Both the position numbers and the translations under genes were made by a program. This document shows, one piece after another, positions 25,641 to 40,100 of a DNA stretch of 64,000 bases. How positions within the stretch are numbered: position 1 is the first letter of the stretch; each line of letters starts with the position of its first letter. Where the stretch lies: positions 4,340,001 to 4,404,000 of the forward strand of contig JAYWIR010000004.1 in assembly GCA_036172245.1 (NCBI GenBank). The letters are read 5' to 3'. Origin of the DNA: Raillietiella orientalis (Eukaryota). The notes below the pieces were generated by a model, which worked only from the letters and a program-made list of their open reading frames with translations, did no database searches and was not told the DNA's origin.

Positions 25641-27110
25641 CAAGTGCCATAGAAAGACGCACTTTTCTTCTATTAGAACTGAGCAACCGATCACACCTTC
25701 TATTGTCCTAGTCCTTTAGAGCGTTTAATATCGTGAAGTAAAAGTGTTCTTTTTTTTTTTTTCTTACTACAAGAAGTAAAGGGAATAGAGAGGAGCAGCA
25801 AGAATCGTTTGGAAACTTCTGGAATCCTCTCGTTCTTTGAGTGCCCCTCTTCCAGCACCTTTCAGGGAGACAGACACATACCGATTTGTACGGTGTGTGG
25901 GGACCGATAGAGGGACCCCTACAACAAACAAAAAGACCTGTGGTCGGATAAAGGATTCGTCCTCTGCGCACAGATTTTCATTTCTGCCTCCGATATGGAA
26001 CATGCTGTACCATTTTGCGAGGGGAAGGACAAGCACTCGATCTCACATCCCCAAAATATAGTCTATGCAGCTCGATTCCGGTTCCAGCGTGTCGGCGGAC
26101 CCACCCGGTGAAGCCACTTGGGGGTGGTTCTCGTTCCGACCCAGAACTCCTGCCCATCACCGACGGTGACGCATCTCGGGCGAAGAGGTCGCGTAGGTCA
26201 CTCTGCTCTGAGCCCGTGGTGTGGCATCCAGGGAAAACGCCGGGCTAGTCCATGAGGAGGGAGGCGGAAGGTCTTTTCGTTGCAGCGGCCGTTTTAGAAA
26301 TGTGCTGAAGGCCACAGTTTTATTCACAACGAGTGCCAACTCCTTGCATTTGAAATTCATGATGGTGGATTTCGTTGTTGGTTTTTTTCTTCTTCTGAGC
26401 GTCTCTGATTCCAGCCTCCCGACTCCTAAGTGAGTTATCTTGTCGGGTTGTCAGTGCTGCAGATGGACCCAGAGGAAGGTGAACAGAAGAGATGGAAAGA
26501 TAGGCATTTTTCGTCAAGCAACAATTCAAGTTCATAAGGCATGGAACAAAGGAACAAGAGAAAGCACAAAGATTCGAACAAAACCTTGGCAACCAGTTGT
26601 TTCTCAACTGGACCCATTTTTTCAAAAGGATCTGGGAAGGTGGTTCCAGAGAGCAGTTTTCAACAAGCTCTAACTCCTCTGAGTGTCTGGGGTCTCCCAT
26701 GGATACTCGAAGTGCTCAATGGGATCAGCTCAGGGGTTAGCGTTCAAGTCTTTGGTTCGCGTTGGTGTGATGTTGGCACACATATGGTTTGCTCTTGGTT
26801 TCGCTTTTTGTCGCTGCCAGAAGTCTGATTGTTTTCTTCGCTCGTTGAAGACCATGGTGGGCGGATTTCTCACCGCACCTAAGACACGTTGCTTTGGTTC
26901 GACGCATGTATCGTGCCAAGGGGATCGAGTATCGTGCATCAGTTATCATCTTTCTCGCGTGACTTCAGCTGGGATTGATTTTGCGTACGGATCCTGTTTA
27001 CGGGTGCCTTGCGAAATTTGGAAAATGAGTATGTGCCTTCCAAAGGAAATGCCTACTTCCTGGGGATGATTGGAGCTCCCGACCATGAAACCATAATTTG
27101 AATATCGATC

Positions 27111-27319
27111 GGTCTTAGGTCGTCTGCATTTCCTGCTTTATTTCTCGGCCTTTTAGATTTTTCTCTTGCTGCTCAATTCCGCTGCAGTCGGTTTGCAAAG
27201 GATACTCAGTGAAGGTGGCATTTTCTCCACCTTGCAAACCGACTGCAGCGGAATTGAGCAGCAAGAGAAAAACCTAAAAGGCCGAGAAATAAAGCAGGAA
27301 ATGCAGACGACCTAAGACC
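27111..27319. repeat. Long fold-back: 88-bp arms (27111-27198 / 27232-27319), one mismatch, 33-bp spacer
   Basis: Left arm GGTCTTAGGTCGTCTGCATT...GGTTTGCAA is the reverse complement of TTGCAAACC...AATGCAGACGACCTAAGACC. Confidence 0.96.
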
Positions 27320-28010
27320 AAGTGGCGATAATCAGGCAAGCCCCCCCTTCCGTCGGTGGACTCCGGTGCGTTCTCAAACCACCCAGTAGTTCGCGTTCGT
27401 CGCATAGAATCGCGCCCTTCAAAGTTGTGATTTTAGGACAAGAGGGGCGTGCGTTTCCTGGTGATCCAGGAGAGGTGTGTGTACGCGCCTGGTTCCAACG
27501 AGCTCCCTCCTTGCGTGAGAACGCCGAATGATCAGGTGAATCCTCAACTCTTGATTGAGGGTCATCGGTCTTCGTTTCACGGTGGCGGATTCCTCGGCTA
27601 ACTCTCGCGTTTGCGGCGAGAGTGAAGCTCCAGCTTCAGAGCCAGCTCGCGTGTGCCTTCTGCTCATGCTGAATCACGTACAAACCTCGTTTGTACATCT
27701 GTATTCTGTACATTGGAAAGCTTTTCGATCTGTTTGTTCATCTTTTTTATCGTGGGAGCACTGAAATCCTCAAAAGAACGGAATTGTGGGATTGCGACTC
27801 GATGAGATCAATGCACACCACTTCTTATTATCCAGCGGATTCTGGGAAAGCAACTAGCAGGTGGTGGAATGACTATGGCACGCACTCGTTTGGAAGACCT
27901 TGTAGAGAGAATCAGTGACCACGATCACGCGAAGCAGTCAATCCCCTTTGGCGCAGCGTGCCAACCGATAATGCGATGGCTCAAACTTCGTACGGAGTCG
28001 CACAAAATTC

Positions 28011-28066
28011 GTTCAAAAGTTCTCAGTGCACGCACAAAATTGTGCGTGCACTGAGAACTCTTGAAC
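28011..28066. repeat. Near-perfect palindrome, 27-bp arms, one mismatch, 2-nt centre
   Basis: GTTCAAAAGTTCTCAGTGCACGCACAA-AA-TTGTGCGTGCACTGAGAACTCTTGAAC. Confidence 0.95.
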
Positions 28067-28072
28067 CAGAGA

Positions 28073-28170
28073 GGAAGGATGCTCTCTAAGGAAGGAATCG
28101 ATGGAAGGATGCTCTCTAAGGAAGGAATCGATGGATGGATGCTCTCTAAGGAAGGAATCGATGGATGGAT
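28073..28170. repeat. Minisatellite, 30-bp unit x3.3 (GGAWGGATGCTCTCTAAGGAAGGAATCGAT)
   Basis: Three near-identical tandem copies plus a partial one, with no spacers. Confidence 0.95.
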
Positions 28171-31100
28171 CTTTAGAAATTAAAGTGGAAAGCCAGAAGC
28201 GGTTCGTGCGATGTCGTGGTATGAACAAACTGAAAGGACGATCGATGCAGCCGTATCTTTTGTTACCACTGAGCTGGGAATGCGACGACTCTTGCGGGAA
28301 AATAGCGAAATTGGGGTAATCTGACCTCACCATGGAAACGGACAAATTCGCCGGAGAATGGCACTGTTTTCCGAAAGATAGAATGGGCTGTTTCTTGGTG
28401 CAAATGAGAAGCGGAAAAAGCCCGCTCCCAAGCAAGCCCGGATACCAAGTAACACTGACATGAGCACGTGTACGTGCTCGCGTGAGATAACGTCGAGATT
28501 GAGTATTTATTCCAGCCGAAGATACGGGACGTTTCTGGCCTATTCACGTAATGAGCTGGTATCGTAGAATGTCCAGATGATAAAAGAAACGATGTGGTTG
28601 AAAAACGAAAATCCTCCTCGTTCAATGTTTTTCAAGAGATCCTTGCACACCGGCACCATTATTCCCGGATCGCAATCCGCTTGATGTCTTCCTTTCTGTA
28701 GATCGTAGAAATTCACTTCGAGGGGATCCAACTAGATGCGAATCGGAGCTTTGCAAAATAAAGAGACTTTAATGTGTGTGTGTTGCGTGTAGCTGCTTGC
28801 TCAGTTGCTACGCTTGCTTCTTGTGGGACGGTTTCAGTTTGTGTGTGTGTGTGTGGGGGGGGGGGGGGGGAAGATATTTAGCCATCGAAAAGTGTTACGG
28901 TGTCAACCTGCAAGCAGAGCACGGACTTTCGGTAAAATCCCGTCTTCTGACTAAAGAATCGGATAGAGCCCTTTCTGCAAAGAGTTCGGATCAGAAAAGT
29001 AGGCGATTGTCTAAATGATGAATTCCAAATGTGTGCAGCCGTTGCCTCTTCGAGCCTGACGCCCATCCTGTAACCTCATGTGGCAGTACAGCAGCTGGTT
29101 TTCCTGGATTAAAGGCTTCGAGCGAACTCCCTGCAACTGCAACAGAAATCCATTCCTGCCTGCCGATCCCTGAGCTTTCAAGCTCCTGGTTCGCCGCGTT
29201 TCTACCCGCCATTGGCATGTACCCTACCGATCACTTGCAAACCTAACGTACGGTTGAGCAAACGCTGTCTTGATGGTTCTGGCTCGGATCCCTCTTTCAT
29301 GCTGACCCTCCGCTAATTCGGCGGCGCGCTGCCACGGAAAAGTCATGCGACAAATCCAGTCTGACTGCTTCGGCGCCCTCGCTTTTGCGAGCGTATCCCA
29401 CGTTGTCCTTCCTTGGAACGCCTTCGAAAAAAAGAGTGCGTATTTTCGGTATTGTGTCATTGAACCCTAGCGGGACGCTATGAAAACTTTAAAATTAGTT
29501 GCCTGGTGCGAACCGAGCGAGCTTTTCTGCAGCGTCTTGGGAAGGGCATCAGAAGCCTATGGGAAAATGTCCTAACGCATCGCAGAAGAAGCACATTTCC
29601 TGATCACGTGTTTATTATGCACGCGTTTCCTGAGACAGCAGGAAAACTTTACAGCTTCAATGTGAGTCACACTCCCTTGATTTCTCCCTGATGCCGTCTA
29701 CAGTTTATTGCAGAAGCGTTCATCACATAGGCATCAGTGGTTTTGTGACCTCAAATCCTGTGGCCATACGCAGAGCCCTACCCGGGATAGGTAGGGTTCT
29801 TGGTTCTTTTATAGAGCAGAGGTTTCATTTGACCGTTGCATCGGATGAATCGGTTCTTAACCCAGTCTTGCCTAAAATTCTTGGATCGTGTCTGCATTCT
29901 CGTTTCATGCGCTGGTTTTCATGCTGTTCTCCGAAAGAACATCGTCTCGAACTGTCACTCGGCCCTGCATCCACTGGGACACTCTCTCGTTTGGGGACCA
30001 GCTCATGCAAGCTCACCCTTCTCTGTCGCTTCGTACCCAATTCTGTTCCTTCTTGTCTCAGCGTTGTCCCTCTGCACCGGTCCATCATGACCAACAGCCG
30101 GATCTCGAAGCCCCGAAGGAAGTGGGATCCCTGAAAGCTACTTGCGTCGACGCTAAGCATGGCACGAGTTCCAATTTCCAGCACTGTCAGATCAAGCAAT
30201 CTTCGATCTCTCCTAATAAGCTTAAACCATTTTGCCTCGGTGAACGAAAGAGCAAGAGTCTCTCAGCGGCGAGTGGATGCGAGAATCCTTCCATGGAATC
30301 TTGCATCATTTCCTTCTCAGGTTGTGGTTCCCAGCAGAGAGATCCGCTGCATCTTTTGCAACGCTCCCAGAGGGGCTTGATGCACTGAAAACAGGATTTC
30401 CCTTCTAACGTTTCTTGAGTGACCCATTTGCAGCGTAGTTGCAGTCACCTCTTATGGCCATCGTACGTACACTGAGTATGTGTATGAATCGATTTGCGCT
30501 CAAGACTGTGCGCTCATATTCATTGCGAGTCAACAGTTTCAAAGAGGTGTTGTTTCGTACTATCCATAGGTATATTTAGGGGCGGAACGGTAGGAACAGC
30601 ATCTCATTAAGGAAACCCAGACACGGAGCGACACACCTCACAATTCCAGAAAACTCTGAATCCCACTATTTTGTTTTTTGCTTTTTTTTTTTAAGATTAA
30701 AGACAAAAAAAAAAAAAAACTGCCCGAGTTCTTAAATTCAATTGCAGGATGCTGCCTCCATTTTTCTGAAGATTAGTGCAGTCTTTGTCGCAATGGCTGA
30801 AGCCCACCTCTAGAGTTTACTTGTATGAATTTGGTTTCTGTTCCGCCGTATGACCAGGGTTACCGTAGCCTATAATTTCTTTGCATGCTTTGAAGCAGTT
30901 TGTCGAATGGGGTAGGATTTATGTCTCGGTTTACACTTAGGGTTCCCTACAAAAGTTAATTAGTCTCTTCAGTCCAAGTTATCATAGAAGAAAGGTCTCC
31001 AACACCAAGTATGCTGACGATTTGATCTATTTCATCTATCGAAAGAACCATTGTCCTCCATCTCGACTTCCTCAAAACAATTCAGAAACAAGCTACTAGC

Positions 31101-34100
31101 CTTGGTGACCTTGGTGACCCTCCACCGTCACGTCTTCCTAATCTTTTCTTCTGGCTACTAAGGTAACTGCAAAAAGATTCCTATTGTTTTATTGTTTTTA
31201 ATTTGTATGTTTTCAATTTTATGAAATCCAACTTACTTCCACTGAAGATAGCTTTCCATATACGTCATGTGATTCGTGGATTTAACGTTAACAAGTTATA
31301 CATTAACAAAACGTTTTTATTTGGCATCTTATATGAAATATCATATATGTGATAATTTCTTTGAAACAATTCATAAATGTGCCTCAGATGATTTATGAAT
31401 ATCTTAAATGTTCAGATTATTAATAACTATTTAATACTGTATAATATGTTAACGGTAAGTTGCATTAAAAAAAAAAATGCAAGGGTTTGTTAATACACAA
31501 TCTTTAGTGGAAACCTCTGAGGACTTCCAGCCACCCAGAAAATAACCGGGTGATTCCCATTTTTTCGCCTTTTGGAACACTGTGCCTTTGTTAATCTCCG
31601 ACAAAAGCCGACAAAGTGTGAATATAACTCGCTATGATCTATAAAGTTTGTGATTTAAAGAGATCGTGGGTTTTTGGTTTTGGCGCGTCTTGAGATTTCA
31701 AGTTCCAAAACTTCGTCCTCTGGCGTGTAGGCTCGCTATTTTAATCCACGAGGAACGGTGCTTTCATCTTGCTTATTCATTTTGCGGTGCATATAACATA
31801 TGTTCAGGCAGATCCTCCACAACTTCCACCAAGTTCCATTTCAGGTCAAATGACCCGAAATGAAAATGACCCCTTCCATTGCATGTCCCGACTGTGCGGA
31901 ACGTTGGTGCGCACCAACCTCTCCTCCATGGTTTCCTGCCTGACAATCTGCAGTTCGCCCAAGATCGCAGCCTCCCAGCGATCCTTCCACTGGCGTATCT
32001 GCCGGCACCCCTTTGTTGGCAAAGAAGAGAGACAGTTTCCTATATCCCGGTCTCCTTTGTCGGGACATGTTTGTCGCCCGTCTTCCAGTGCTACCTCCGT
32101 GCCCCCCCAAAGACAGGCGACATCGAGCAGCAAGACTCGACTTCCGAGACCAAGTCTACCATCTGTCGCTCTCAGGTCGTCTGTGTCTTGGAGAACGTGA
32201 TGAAATGTTTTTTACCCGAGTCCTGAGGAACTTGGGTGGGATCACCCATGGCTGTGTTCACAGAGGTGTGCCTGCGTTGGGTACTGCGAATAGCTCAGCG
32301 CCGAAGCATCTCTGCCGACTTTAGTACACCGTAACAGATACACGCCGCGGCTTCTCGATCGGTCTGCGTTACATAATTCCGATCAAAGCCTAAATAAGAT
32401 TCCTATTTATAATTTATCAATGTTAAATTTGCTTTGATTAATTTATCTGAGAATCATTTACCGTTGGGAGCTTGTGGATTCTCGAATCGTCTTCGCAATT
32501 ATCTGCTCAATCAAGGAGCTGCCGTGCGAACTGCACGTTTTGGGCGGTACAGCCTTGTCTTGATCTTTTTTTCTTTCTTCCTTCACTGTTACCACTGATG
32601 ACTGTCCGAGATCGTCTTTATCATCTGTGTGTTGAAGGGATTTTGCTGCTGCCTCGGGTGTAACTCGGTGGCTCCAGACTTCAGTTTGTTTGCTTTCTGT
32701 CTCGTCTCGTCCGCAAAGACCACTAATCTCCGGGTGAGCAGCAGCACACGAAGCGCCGGCCCCCTAGCGAAATTCTTCAAGCAGAGTGAAATCCAAAACC
32801 AAAAGGATGTGTGAAGCGTCTCCAGGTATCCCGTCATCGACTCGGAAACAGAAAGCGCTTCTGCTAGCGCAGCAAATGAGGAGAAGATGAAATCGAAAGG
32901 AACTAATCGGGTAATTTATTCGGGAAGGAGTGGATCAAAATCGGGTCAAAGTTTTTCAATCGAAGAAGGCTGACTGAGCATTCACGCGAAACTTCCTGCG
33001 GGAACCGAAAAACGTGTTCCAAACGCCCGTTCCCGACAAATCTTTAGAATCGAGCCACTACATGGAACACCTGGAATAGCTTTCGGAATTCACAGAATAA
33101 TGAAGCTACTGAAAGGATTATCCGGGGACTTCACCTGGGTAGCTGCTAACATTTGGCACGGAAAGGACATTTGGATGAACAGCGCCATTCTTATGTCATG
33201 CTGGAGGAGAATTCTTCGGACGCAAAAGGTCACTCGGTTGTCTTTCTGGCTTTCTTGGAGCAAGCGAGAGAGTGTGCGGGAAGAATGTGACCATCCTACT
33301 TTGGTGTTCGAATTCTCTAAGCACAGCTGCAGCCAAAAGCAGCCTCATTGGGAAAAAGTCTTTTGACGATCGGTATTAAAAATCAACTTGTCATTCGAGC
33401 GAGCACATCGGGAAATGGAACGTGTGATTCTTCTTGAGGACGCATTTCAAGAGATCAGAACTGTGAGACCATGAAGCTTTCACATGAGGAGCGGCACGGT
33501 GAAGATGCCAAGTGAATCGCTACGAAAATTCTAGAGCCGGAAACCAGTGCTGCATCTCCGGAAGCAAACGTGCTTCTCCCAGCGCTCGTTTCCTAATGAG
33601 GTTTCCCGGAAGGAGGTCGGTCGGAGACCGCTCCAGTGGGTACATTTTCAGGTTTCCTTTCTTCGCTGGTAGTGTCAATAGATAAAATCATATTCTGAGG
33701 ACCACTCTTGATATGTTCTAAATGCCAACAGCACAGGAATCCCATCGGCAGCAATTTGTACGATCACAGTCCGCGATCCTTGGTGGTGTACACGCTGAAG
33801 TCACGAAGAGAAATGGCTACACCCGATTCTTAGTGAATAAAGTCCGATCACTTTCAAACGGCACTTGTTTCTTTCGTTGCGCTTTCATCTCTTTGCGAAA
33901 GTAGGAAGTTTTCTGGAGACAAAAGAGCAGATTCGAAGTCCTTGACTGAATTCTAAGCCATGCTTTTTTCGCGGTTTCTGCATATTCTTCATGTGTGCAT
34001 TCGCCAGTTTCTTTCCCAGATCATTCCATCCATTGATCATCCATAACGAAACAGTCCAGCTCGTTTTTCTTGTCCTTCATCATTTTAAAATTCTCCGAAC

Positions 34101-37100
34101 TTTCCACGTTCGTTTGTGATGAGTTAGCCGTTTCTCGCAGATCCACATCCCCTCCCCCTTCCCCCTTCCGCCAAAAAAAAAAAAATGCCTCCTTTGATTC
34201 TTATCAGAGAAGGGTTTTTTTCCCCCCCCCCTCCCCCCTTGATAAAGAAATTGAGTAGCATGCTCAAAAGGAAGCCAGAAACGACTATTGCATCACCGTA
34301 CACTTTCTTTTAAAGTTGTAGGTGGAATACATTCAATATTTGAGATAAGTTGATTCTCAATCCAGTTTCAAAGCATAGGAATGCTATTGCAAGTGCTGCT
34401 TACGTCCACATTTCAAATGCTCTTTCGAGTTTGTGTTTCCATTTACATGATGTTCTCTCCCATTGCAGTGTTCATTCTCACGGTGATCCCTGGATTCATC
34501 GAGACAAGTGGAAAAGAATTCCCAAGGGTCTATGGAACATTTTGATTTCGCTGGAAGAATACCATTAGCTGAAACGTATTCTGCAGATGCATCTTGAACA
34601 ACGAGTTATTGTGATCCAAGTGGATTATCTCATTACTTATGCAGATGGCGCTTGACTTTTTTTTGTTTACCTTAGTGCTTGGATTTTCTCAGAGCTAACG
34701 AACCATTGCCAGAAGTTTGGTGTATCAGCTTCCCTGAAAAGTGTTTTCGATCGTTCTCTTTGTGGATGAAGGTGAAAGCTGTAACCCCATCATCATTTCA
34801 TTTACATAGCAACCAATGACGTCGTCAGTGAACAAGTTTCTTCGCAGCACCACACCGTAAAAGCAGCATCCATGGAGAACTCTGTATTTTCGTCTTGGCC
34901 CTTACCAGCTGCATGATAATTAACGGTCGACGTTTCCAGTTACAGGGTGCTGGTTCTGCACTGAGCAGATTTACTGCTAAAGCATCGCTACCTATGCACA
35001 TATGCAGAGGCAGGTGGACGCATACTTTCGTGGGGATCTTTCTCTCTTTGGAAAGGTAGGTGTCTTTCTCTAGGTAGATGAATAACGCCCTCACTTTTTG
35101 TATATGGAAATGGAGTGAGACGGAAAGAAAAACTGTATGCACACGCACACGTGTGTGCATATATTTTACTTCTCAGCGTTTCCCATCTGTGTACAGGTCT
35201 CATATGCACATACGTACAGGTAAACGGAGCACGAACAGATAATGGTTGCCACTCTGCAGGAGGCTTGCAAGATATCTGTGAACACCTAGGAGAGCGCTAA
35301 TTTGCATCTACAGAAAATTGGAAGAAAATAAACGATATGCAGTGAAGGATGACGTTTGTCTCGGCTTGCATTTTATTCTTTCATGGAGATTTGGCTGAGA
35401 CGATTGATGATTGCATCCGTTTGACTTGAGTGTAGAAGAAACACGTGTATAGCAATATTTGGGAGCCAATTCGAGTTACACATCTTGCATGACGATGTTT
35501 ACCATTCCTCCCCTAGCATCATCTCATAGAAACTTCGCAGACTCCCGTCTACCTACTTGTTTGCCAAAAGTAGTTTTAGAACTGAGATCCTCACCTGGAG
35601 TTTTCATTCTGCAATGCTTTCATTCATCATTCAGAAATCTTTTCACTGTTCCTATTTCTCGAACAGAATTTCAAAACGGTCGTATACTTTCTAGAAGCAA
35701 CCTGACGTGTTTTCTCTCACTAACAGGCTGTTTTTTTTTTTTTTTAGTCTCTGCTTTAAAATCTATTTTTAAGTTTTTTAAAGCACAAATGCTATGCCTC
35801 ATGGGAACTTTAACCATACTGTCGGCTGAGCTCTATGCGCAAAAAGGTGGAAATCGTTCCTGAAGATGTGGAAATCAATCACGAAATGTTTACTTCGTAG
35901 ATACAGATGGGACCAAAAGAAAGATAAATTGCCTCAGAAATTCATATAAAGCACCAGCATTCAGGAGAACAAGAAATGCAAAGGAAACAGATAGAGGACG
36001 AGGAAAAGGAGCGATGATGCTTTGAAGGCACTTTATCAACATCATGACCAAAACAGGGAACGGTGATTCGTCCGTTGTGGGGCCATCACATATGGCTCAG
36101 GCATTAAAAATGACAAATTTTCGAAACTCTGATCGTCCCCGTCAACTCATATCAGATTTTCAAATTCAGAAACTTGTAATGATGAAAATTCCCCGAAGCT
36201 GCCCGCAACCCCTCTCACAATTGCTTCAACGGAGGGTGCTTATCTCACGTTTCTAATGATATACATCTCATAACGAATGCACCACTGAAGGAACATGTGT
36301 TCTCATTTTCCCTCAAAGTCATTCACTTATTGATTTTATTTTTCATTAAAAAAAAAAGTTGCTTAGCACAGCAAAGGACTGCAACGGAAGAATCTCGAAA
36401 TGAACTCGCCATCATCTGAACACTGCTAAGCTTTATTGAAATTGCGATGGCACCACTCCTCCATGACGAATGGCAAATCTTCATCCTTCCCCATTAAAAT
36501 CAGCCACAAGATACAACTATCAGGTTTCAGATTATCACCTCTACGTAAATACATGACATAAGTTCAAACTGTGCCTCATAAAGCGTCATTAAAAGCTTGG
36601 AATTGTTGATGCAGCAGTGGCCATCGACCAATGTGTTCCGAGAAATAATAGATGGTTTCTTTCGTAATTGTGAAGCAAATCTGCAAGCATTTCCTGCAGA
36701 CTGAATTATGGGTAAGTTTCCGAAGCATCATGAGGAGAAACGAAAAAAAAAATGAGATGCAGAGCACAGGAACCCTTAAGTTTTGCTTACCGGAAGCACA
36801 AGAAGCAAAACAGGGAAGCAGCGTAGTGTTCTGTCAAAACATGTGGAATGTTTGCAAGCTTGCCCGGCCAGATTCATGAATAGTATTTAAAAAAACAACA
36901 ACTTATCTTGTTCTTGAAAGAAAATTGCTCTCAGCTGCTAAAAGAGAAGTACTTCAAAGAGATTCAACTCTTCACGCCGTAAGTTTTCATTCCGGCATGA
37001 ACTTTGGGATTTCATCAGTCCCATTGCGAAAAAGGACCGAGATAGACATTCTGTTATTCTTAGCGGTTTCGGAGATTTTCTGTTTCATTCGAAGGCTGCC

Positions 37101-40100
37101 AAAGAAAAAAAATCTGACGAGCGAGCAGCATGACAATTTCCAGAACCTGTTTCAGAGCAAGGATGATAGAGCTTTCGATCACTCTCTGATACCTTCTGAC
37201 AACTCCAGGTATTTTTGCCAAAGCAGATCACCCCTTGGACTGTTGTCATAGAGTCCATGCGTTCTCCGCAGAACAAAACAGCCGGGAACTGGATGACAGA
37301 ACATGACCCAACCAGTGATTCTCTCCCGGAGCAGCAACGAACAGCAGCAAAGGAATCACTGGGACTACCACTCGCTACGTAAATCGTGGCTCTGCACTTT
37401 TGTTTGCCACACAGAAGTAGTGAAAGCAACCTCTTGGTTTTAGCATTCTGCAAGATACGATGGATGTTGCGAAAGAAATCATTTCCTGCAGTAGATGTTA
37501 TCTGTGCTCTCATCAGAGAAAACAGTGTTTCTACAAGTCCAAGTCCCTTGTGTGATTAAAACAAACATCCTTCCCCCGTAACCATGAGATTCTTTCTGGC
37601 TTTGTATCTGACACTCTTCCCTCCCTACCCGTTGCTCTCCATCTGTTCCACCTGGAGTTTAGTGCCAGCATCGATTTGTCCTTTCTCTTCTTCTCATCGC
37701 CTCCTACCCAGGTTTGCAGTTCAGATAAATCTTCACAAGATGCTTCAGCATGTTCCACGTGGATGAAAGCTCCCAGAAGTATATTCTCTTGCGCAAAGAT
37801 TCTGGCATGCGCGTTTGGAGCAACCACAGCGCTTTCGACCCGGTAGTTTCTCGAGTTTCTCGTGACGTCCCATCATCACTTCACCAAGTAGAATTATTTG
37901 AATAAGGAATAGACGAAATTTGCGTCCTTTTGGAGGCGCCTCCCCTTGTTTTGCAGGCTCCGAGGACTCCCGGTTCCCCTACTTCCCGGTCCTTCTTTTC
38001 GCGAACTCATCCCAGCATTCAATCCTCTCATCTTCAGAGCGCGAAGGATTTGGAACCGCCCACTGCAGCACCGCGGGAGGGAGTTCACATGGAGTGCTCC
38101 CGTCTTCTTTGGTAGCATTGAATGTGCACCGCCGCTTCGAAATGCATTCCGTTCCATTTCACCAGTAACTTCCTCTAGTCTTCCAATTCACCTTCATGTA
38201 ACATCTCGCAAGCACTGATCTCTTTTAATCAGAGACGGGAGAGGAGTCCTGTTCCACTGTCACGTTTGTGTAATGGCAACGTTGTAATGCACTGAGAACT
38301 GACTATCCTGGAGCCAGATAAACCAAGCATGTGTGGATCTTCGGACAAGAATAGATGCTTTCCACGTCCTCTTCTGTCTCTGCTAGAGTCAATGAATTAA
38401 ATGGAATTCACTTGGTGCTCTCCATCATTTTTTCTCGGTGTGCGTCATAAGTGATGAATGGTGTGAAGGATAGTGTTCTGCCGAACACGCGTCCAAAATG
38501 CAACGCATGTTTAACGTGGTGCTCCTTCCGCCATCTCCTAAGCCCATGTGGTGCCCTAAACCCCCCTGCTTATGAAATTTTATTTATAGCATCCCTTGCG
38601 TGAGTTTTCATGGATACACCGTTCTCCTCTACCGAACCAATTGCAGCCGTCTAAATGGGCCTACCGGTGTGCGTGATGCCGAGCTGCGAAAAATGTTTGG
38701 GTTTGCAGCAGAATGCGAAGGGAAAACGCTGGATGCTCAGGAGGAGATGAGCATCTCACAAAAGATCTTGAAAACGGAGGCTGCGCTCCCCTGTTGCCTT
38801 GGATGAGTTTCCTATGCGGCGACGTGCTCGCATAGGCTTCTTTAGAAACCCCTCTATTTTCAATCCGCGAATTTTATTCGTATAATCCAAAGATGCATTG
38901 AAAAAGATTTTGCCATAACTCTTACCTAAGCAGCTTCTATTCTCGGAAGCGATTCGTGTATTATGGAATGGCAGGGGCATAAGAATAAGAGAGATGTGTA
39001 TGTTGGTATGTTCCATACGAAGAAGATGTATTTCAAAGTTCGAAACACCACACTATTAGTCCATTGTGTTCTGCGGAACGTCGAGAACGCCTCTGGAATT
39101 TTTTAGTCTGCGTTTCTCATTCTCTGGCTCGTTTTCCGGCAACATTGAGAGCCCATCATCCCTGAACAATCAATGGGAAGTTCTTTTTTGTCTCTTTGAA
39201 AAAGGGATGTCGCCTCAATTTTCGAGGTAACTAGCCAAACAGAGGGAACAAAAGTGGAACCTTAGACGGGATGAACGGTTGTAGGTAAATGATTGTAGAG
39301 GGAAAATAAGAAATCCGTTGTTTATAAAATTGTTGATAGGACACACTGGTGCCAGAAGAGAAAATTTCGTGTTGAAAGCTTTGAGAAAGATGTGCCCAAG
39401 GATCTGTAGGAGACGGCTAAGAAGGGAATGTTTCTTTCCGTTCTCTATTTGAATTCCAGCGCTGAATTCTTGCTGATGGTGGTTTGCGTAGCATTCTAAA
39501 TTGACTTTCTTTCGATTCTAAGTGTTGCATGTTGCTAAGTGATTTTTGACTTCATCCTGAAAAGCAAAGTCTCACTAACGCATACGGGAAACGAACTCAA
39601 GAACGTACAGAAATTCAACGTTTCTTGGATTTTTTAAACCTCCCATGAGAATTGGAGGGGAACAAATTTTCAATGGAAGAAGGCGAACGTTAGTTCCACG
39701 TTAGTTGGAGCCACAAAAAGTGCATCCTCAGGAAGGATTCTTAAGTGGATTCTTGAGCAGAAAGGATTCACTGGCTTGCTTCTCGAGAGCAGAAGCTTGA
39801 TCTTCCTCTTTAACGGTGCAGATTTCGTTTATGTTCCAACTGATCAGCAAAGGAACTTAACCCTAGCAAATACAACATCCTTGAAAACGGTAGTCTTTCG
39901 TCTATTAACGCTGTTAGTCGACTACATTTGATAAGATCACGTGAAAAGCGATTTTCTTTTGTGAGATGTATCGGTACTCGTGTTTTCCCTAGTATCCCGG
40001 TATCCTTTCTCTTCTTTTCTTTGTTTGGGACCTGAAATTCTTTTTTTTGTTCTCCTTCTTGTATTCTTTTGCACTTTCTAGCCCACGTCTACATTGTACG

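Noticed and set aside
27142..27154. TTCTCGGCCTTTT matches the 5' end of U2 snRNA
   Set aside because: Only 13 nt match, similarity does not extend, and a hit this short is plausible by chance.
28073..28170. CRISPR-like 30-bp repeats
   Set aside because: The repeats are contiguous with no spacers, the context is eukaryotic and there are no cas genes; it is a minisatellite.
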